Shown here: positions 35,772 to 38,726 of the stretch, in pieces
Position numbering within the stretch: position 1 is the first letter of the stretch
Layout: each line of letters begins with the position of its first letter
Source of the DNA: Planctomycetota bacterium
Lineage (GTDB): Bacteria; Planctomycetota; UBA11346
DNA: 38,726 bases
Assembly: GCA_038213805.1 (NCBI GenBank)
Contig: JBBQSO010000049.1
Span: 1-38,726, forward strand
Reading direction: 5' to 3'
The notes under the pieces: model-generated
What the model was told of the DNA's origin: nothing
The model's input: only the letters and a program-made list of their open reading frames with translations
Database searches by the model: none
Program-made: the position numbers and the translations under genes

Positions 35772-37343
35772 TCAGATGCGCTCGACCTCGCCATCCTGAT
35801 CGAGCGCCGCGAGCATGCGCCCGCGCGCGACCTTGAGCGACGGGGTGAGCAGGCCGTTCTCGACGCTCGGCCGTGCGCGCAGCAGGAAGGCCGCGGCGAT
35901 GCGTTCGTAGGGGATGGTGCAGATGGCGTTGACCGCGGCCACGGCGCGGCGCGCGGGCGCAGCGCCGGCCGGGCAGTCGAGCACCGCGACCAGCTCGCGT
36001 GCCACGCCCACCACCGCGTGCGCGATGCCGGGCTGGGCGAGCAGCGCGCGCTCGAGGGCGGCGGCGCAGACCTTCTCGCCGTTGGGCAGCTTGAGCTGGT
36101 GGTCGGCGCGCCCCGTCAGGCGCAGGCCGTCGGGGGCCCAGGCGCCGAGGTCGCCGCTGTCGAGCACGCCGTCAACCAGGCAGGGCGCTTCCTGGCGGAA
36201 ATAGCCGCGCATAACGCCCGGGCCGCGCACCAGGATGCGGCCGTCGGCGCGGCGCACCCCGACGCTTACCCCAGGAATGGGCGGGCCGACCATGCCGGCG
36301 CCGTGCGGGCCGCCGAGCGGGGTGATGGTGCAGCTCGGACTGGCCTCGGTCAGGCCCCAGCCCTCAAGCAGCGGGATGCCGCGTTCACGGTACCAGGCGG
36401 CGAGCCCGGGTGCGAGCGGTGCGCCGGCGGTGAAGGCCCAGCGCAGTCCACCCGGCGCGAAGGCCTGCGCGGCGATCGCCAGGTCGTGGATCTTGGGCAC
36501 GCTCATGAACACCGTCGGCCGCACCGCGCGGATGGTGGCGAGCAGGACGTCATGATCGCGGCCGCCACCCGGCACGACAGTGAGCTGCGCGCCGCGCGTC
36601 AGGGCCCACAGCCGCTCCGCCAGGCCGCCGAAGCTGTGGTGCCAGGGCAGGTAGGCGGCGAGGCGGTCCCCGGGGCCGACCTCGGGCCAGAGCAGGGCGA
36701 AGGCCGCCTGCTGGCTGCACAGGTTGTCGTGGCTGAGCACCACGCCGCGCGGCGCACCGGTGCTGCCGCTGGTGAATTGGATGAGGCAGGGGTCGTCGGG
36801 AGCGACCACGCGTTCGCACACCGGCCCGGGGGTGCGAGCTGCCACAAGCAGCTCGTCAGAGGTCAAAGTCGCGGCGGTTTCCGGCGTCCCCATCAGCGGC
36901 GCGGCGGCCAGCAGGAGTCGCGGCGCGACCAGGGCGAGGAGTTCGGCCAGGCGGGCCGCACCGAAGCCGGCGCAGAGTGGCACGGCGATCGCACCCAGAC
37001 GCCAGGCGGCGAGCTCGGTGAGCAGGTGCGCCAGGCCGTTCGGCGCGATGATGGCGATGCGGTCGCCAGGCGCGACGCGAGCGGCCCAAATTGCGGCAAG
37101 GCGCCCCGACCAGGCGTCGAGCTCTGGCCATGTGGCCGTCAGGTCGCCATCGACCAGGACGATGGCCGATCCGGCGCGCGCACGGGCGGCGGCGATCAGC
37201 TCGGGCAGGGTCCGCGGCCGCCCGGCCGGCAGGGGCGCACCCTGGCGCCACTCTACGCCATCAGCAGGGTCGGCGATCGGCCCCTGGCGCGCCGGGCGGG
37301 GCGCAGCGGGAGGCAGCAGGGATGAGGGGTGGGACCGGCTCAT
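35772..37343 (-). CDS. AMP-dependent synthetase/ligase (long-chain acyl-CoA/ACP ligase-like)
   Basis: LIQFTSGSTGAPRGV, YLPWHHSFG, EGWGLTEAS, RGPGVMRGY, DSGDLG, GRADHQLKLPNGEKV. ATG 37343, 523 aa. Confidence 0.9.
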   Translation of the reverse strand: MSRSHPSSLLPPAAPRPARQGPIADPADGVEWRQGAPLPAGRPRTLPELIAAARARAGSAIVLVDGDLTATWPELDAWSGRLAAIWAARVAPGDRIAIIAPNGLAHLLTELAAWRLGAIAVPLCAGFGAARLAELLALVAPRLLLAAAPLMGTPETAATLTSDELLVAARTPGPVCERVVAPDDPCLIQFTSGSTGAPRGVVLSHDNLCSQQAAFALLWPEVGPGDRLAAYLPWHHSFGGLAERLWALTRGAQLTVVPGGGRDHDVLLATIRAVRPTVFMSVPKIHDLAIAAQAFAPGGLRWAFTAGAPLAPGLAAWYRERGIPLLEGWGLTEASPSCTITPLGGPHGAGMVGPPIPGVSVGVRRADGRILVRGPGVMRGYFRQEAPCLVDGVLDSGDLGAWAPDGLRLTGRADHQLKLPNGEKVCAAALERALLAQPGIAHAVVGVARELVAVLDCPAGAAPARRAVAAVNAICTIPYERIAAAFLLRARPSVENGLLTPSLKVARGRMLAALDQDGEVERI

Positions 37344-37434
37344 GACGGGGCGGGCATCCTTCCGCGGGACGCGGCGACCGCACCCGATTTCCGGTGCCGG
37401 CTTGCTGGACGCTGCGGCGCGCCCAACCTCCTGC

Positions 37435-38726
37435 ATGCCTCGACTCGCCGGACATGCCCTCCTCACCCCGTTCGGCGACCTCGACGCCAGCTTCGCCGCG
37501 TTGTTGGCCGGGCGCAGCGCGCCCGGGGAACTCGCGGGGCCGCTGCTCGACCTCGCGGAGGGCGTAGCGCGTGCAGCGCTGGGCGGGGTACCGGTCGATC
37601 TGGTGATTCTGGCGACCACCAAGGGGGATGCGGGACGCTGGTGCGCGGGGCTGCTGACGGAGGAGGCAGGCTACCCGGGTGGTCCGGCCTGGCTGGCCGC
37701 GGCGCTGGGCGAGCGCCTCGCGGCGCCGGGCTTCGCGGTCAGCGGCGCCTGCGCCAGCGGCCCCCTTGCCTGCGGGGTGGCGGCGCGCTGGCTGCGCGCC
37801 GGACGCGCGCGCCGCGTGGTGGTGGTCGGCGCCGACCGCATCGGGGATTTTGTGCGCGCCGGATTCGCCGCGCTGCGTGCCATCGCCAGCGAGGCGTGCC
37901 GGCCCTTCGATGCGGGGCGCGACGGCCTGGTGCTGGGCGAGACCCTGGCGGCGGTGGTGCTCGAGGCGGATGACGCGCCAGGGCTGCACCTGGCGGGGTG
38001 GGGCGCGACCCTCGACGCCTGCCACCTCACCGCGCCGGCGCGCGATGGCGCCGGCCTGCGCCGGGCCGTGCAGGCGGCCGCGGGCGGCGCGCCCACGGCT
38101 GGCGCGCTGCTGGTCGCGCACGGCACCGGCACGCGCTTCAACGACGATGCGGAGGCCCACGCCTACGCGGGCCTCGGAATCAGCGCGGTGACCGCATTCA
38201 AGGGTGCCTTCGGACACAGCCTGGGCGCGTGCGGCATCGCCGAACTGGCGCTCGCCGCCGAGATCCTGCGCCAGGGTCGCGTGCCCGGTGTGATCGGGCT
38301 GAGCTCGCCCGGCTGCGCGGCGCCGCTGCCGCTGCTGTCAACCGGCGCGCACGCGCTGACCGCACCGCGCGTGCTGCTCGCCAACGCCGGCTTCGGCGGA
38401 GTGAATGGCGCGCTGCTGCTTGACCGCGCGCCAGCGCCGGCGGCGCCACCTCGCGGCGCCCGGCTGGTCGCCGCCGCCGAGCTGGTCGAGGCGGGTTGGC
38501 GGCGCTGGCGAGCCACCACGGGCGCCACGGCGGCGGTAACGACGACCGGCCTGGGCGCGGCGGAGGACGGCCGCTGGTCCGGGCCGCCTGCATCCGAGGC
38601 GGTCCCCCTGCTCAGCGCGCGCGCCGTGCTTGACCGCGTCGACGCCACCTGGGGGCGCATGGACCTGGCCTGCCGCGCGCTCGTCGCGCTCGGCACCCTG
38701 CTCGGGCCGCATCCTTCCGGCACCGG
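37435..38726 (+). CDS. Beta-ketoacyl synthase (FabF-like) with a C-terminal extension, 3' truncated by the window edge (absent from the ORF track)
   Basis: Manual translation from ATG 37435: LLTPFG, LATTKG, VSGACASG (Cys), CRPFDAGRDGLVLGE, DACHLTAP, AHGTGTRFND (His), KGAFGHSLGA (His), AGFGGVNGALLL. The frame stays open through WGRMDLACRAL to the end of the window. Confidence 0.9.
   Translation, partial: MPRLAGHALLTPFGDLDASFAALLAGRSAPGELAGPLLDLAEGVARAALGGVPVDLVILATTKGDAGRWCAGLLTEEAGYPGGPAWLAAALGERLAAPGFAVSGACASGPLACGVAARWLRAGRARRVVVVGADRIGDFVRAGFAALRAIASEACRPFDAGRDGLVLGETLAAVVLEADDAPGLHLAGWGATLDACHLTAPARDGAGLRRAVQAAAGGAPTAGALLVAHGTGTRFNDDAEAHAYAGLGISAVTAFKGAFGHSLGACGIAELALAAEILRQGRVPGVIGLSSPGCAAPLPLLSTGAHALTAPRVLLANAGFGGVNGALLLDRAPAPAAPPRGARLVAAAELVEAGWRRWRATTGATAAVTTTGLGAAEDGRWSGPPASEAVPLLSARAVLDRVDATWGRMDLACRALVALGTLLGPHPSGT

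Overview
High-GC bacterial chromosomal segment. The gene repertoire looks PVC/Planctomycetota-like, which is an inference from gene types only. In order: (1) the 3' part of a very long coiled-coil gene with an intrinsic terminator, then a small membrane protein; (2) a ~16.5 kb minus-strand MoxR/VWA operon (two paralogous secreted proteins, the second split by one in-frame TAG; a membrane coiled-coil protein; MoxR; a 1366-aa TPR + PQQ-propeller protein; DUF58; BatA-VWA; a double-VWA/GATase-like protein); (3) a decayed ISL3 element carrying an IS3 remnant; (4) an ECF sigma factor whose anti-sigma-like partner is fused to an alpha/beta-hydrolase + HEAT module, followed by a free secreted paralogue of that module; (5) frr-pyrH, flgA-flgG-flgF, an SGNH hydrolase, rpsI without rplM, and a secreted hypothetical protein; (6) a degenerate xylulokinase-like gene coupled to an FtsB/DivIC-like gene, tRNA-Pro(CGG), tRNA-Gly(CCC) and a STAS protein; (7) a divergent AMP-ligase / ketosynthase pair that probably starts a fatty-acid/polyene cluster running off the window. 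Several intergenic gaps hold long inverted-repeat elements built from 7-8 bp tandem units. No CRISPR array or rRNA was seen. Most long overlapping ORFs in the track are high-GC shadow frames.
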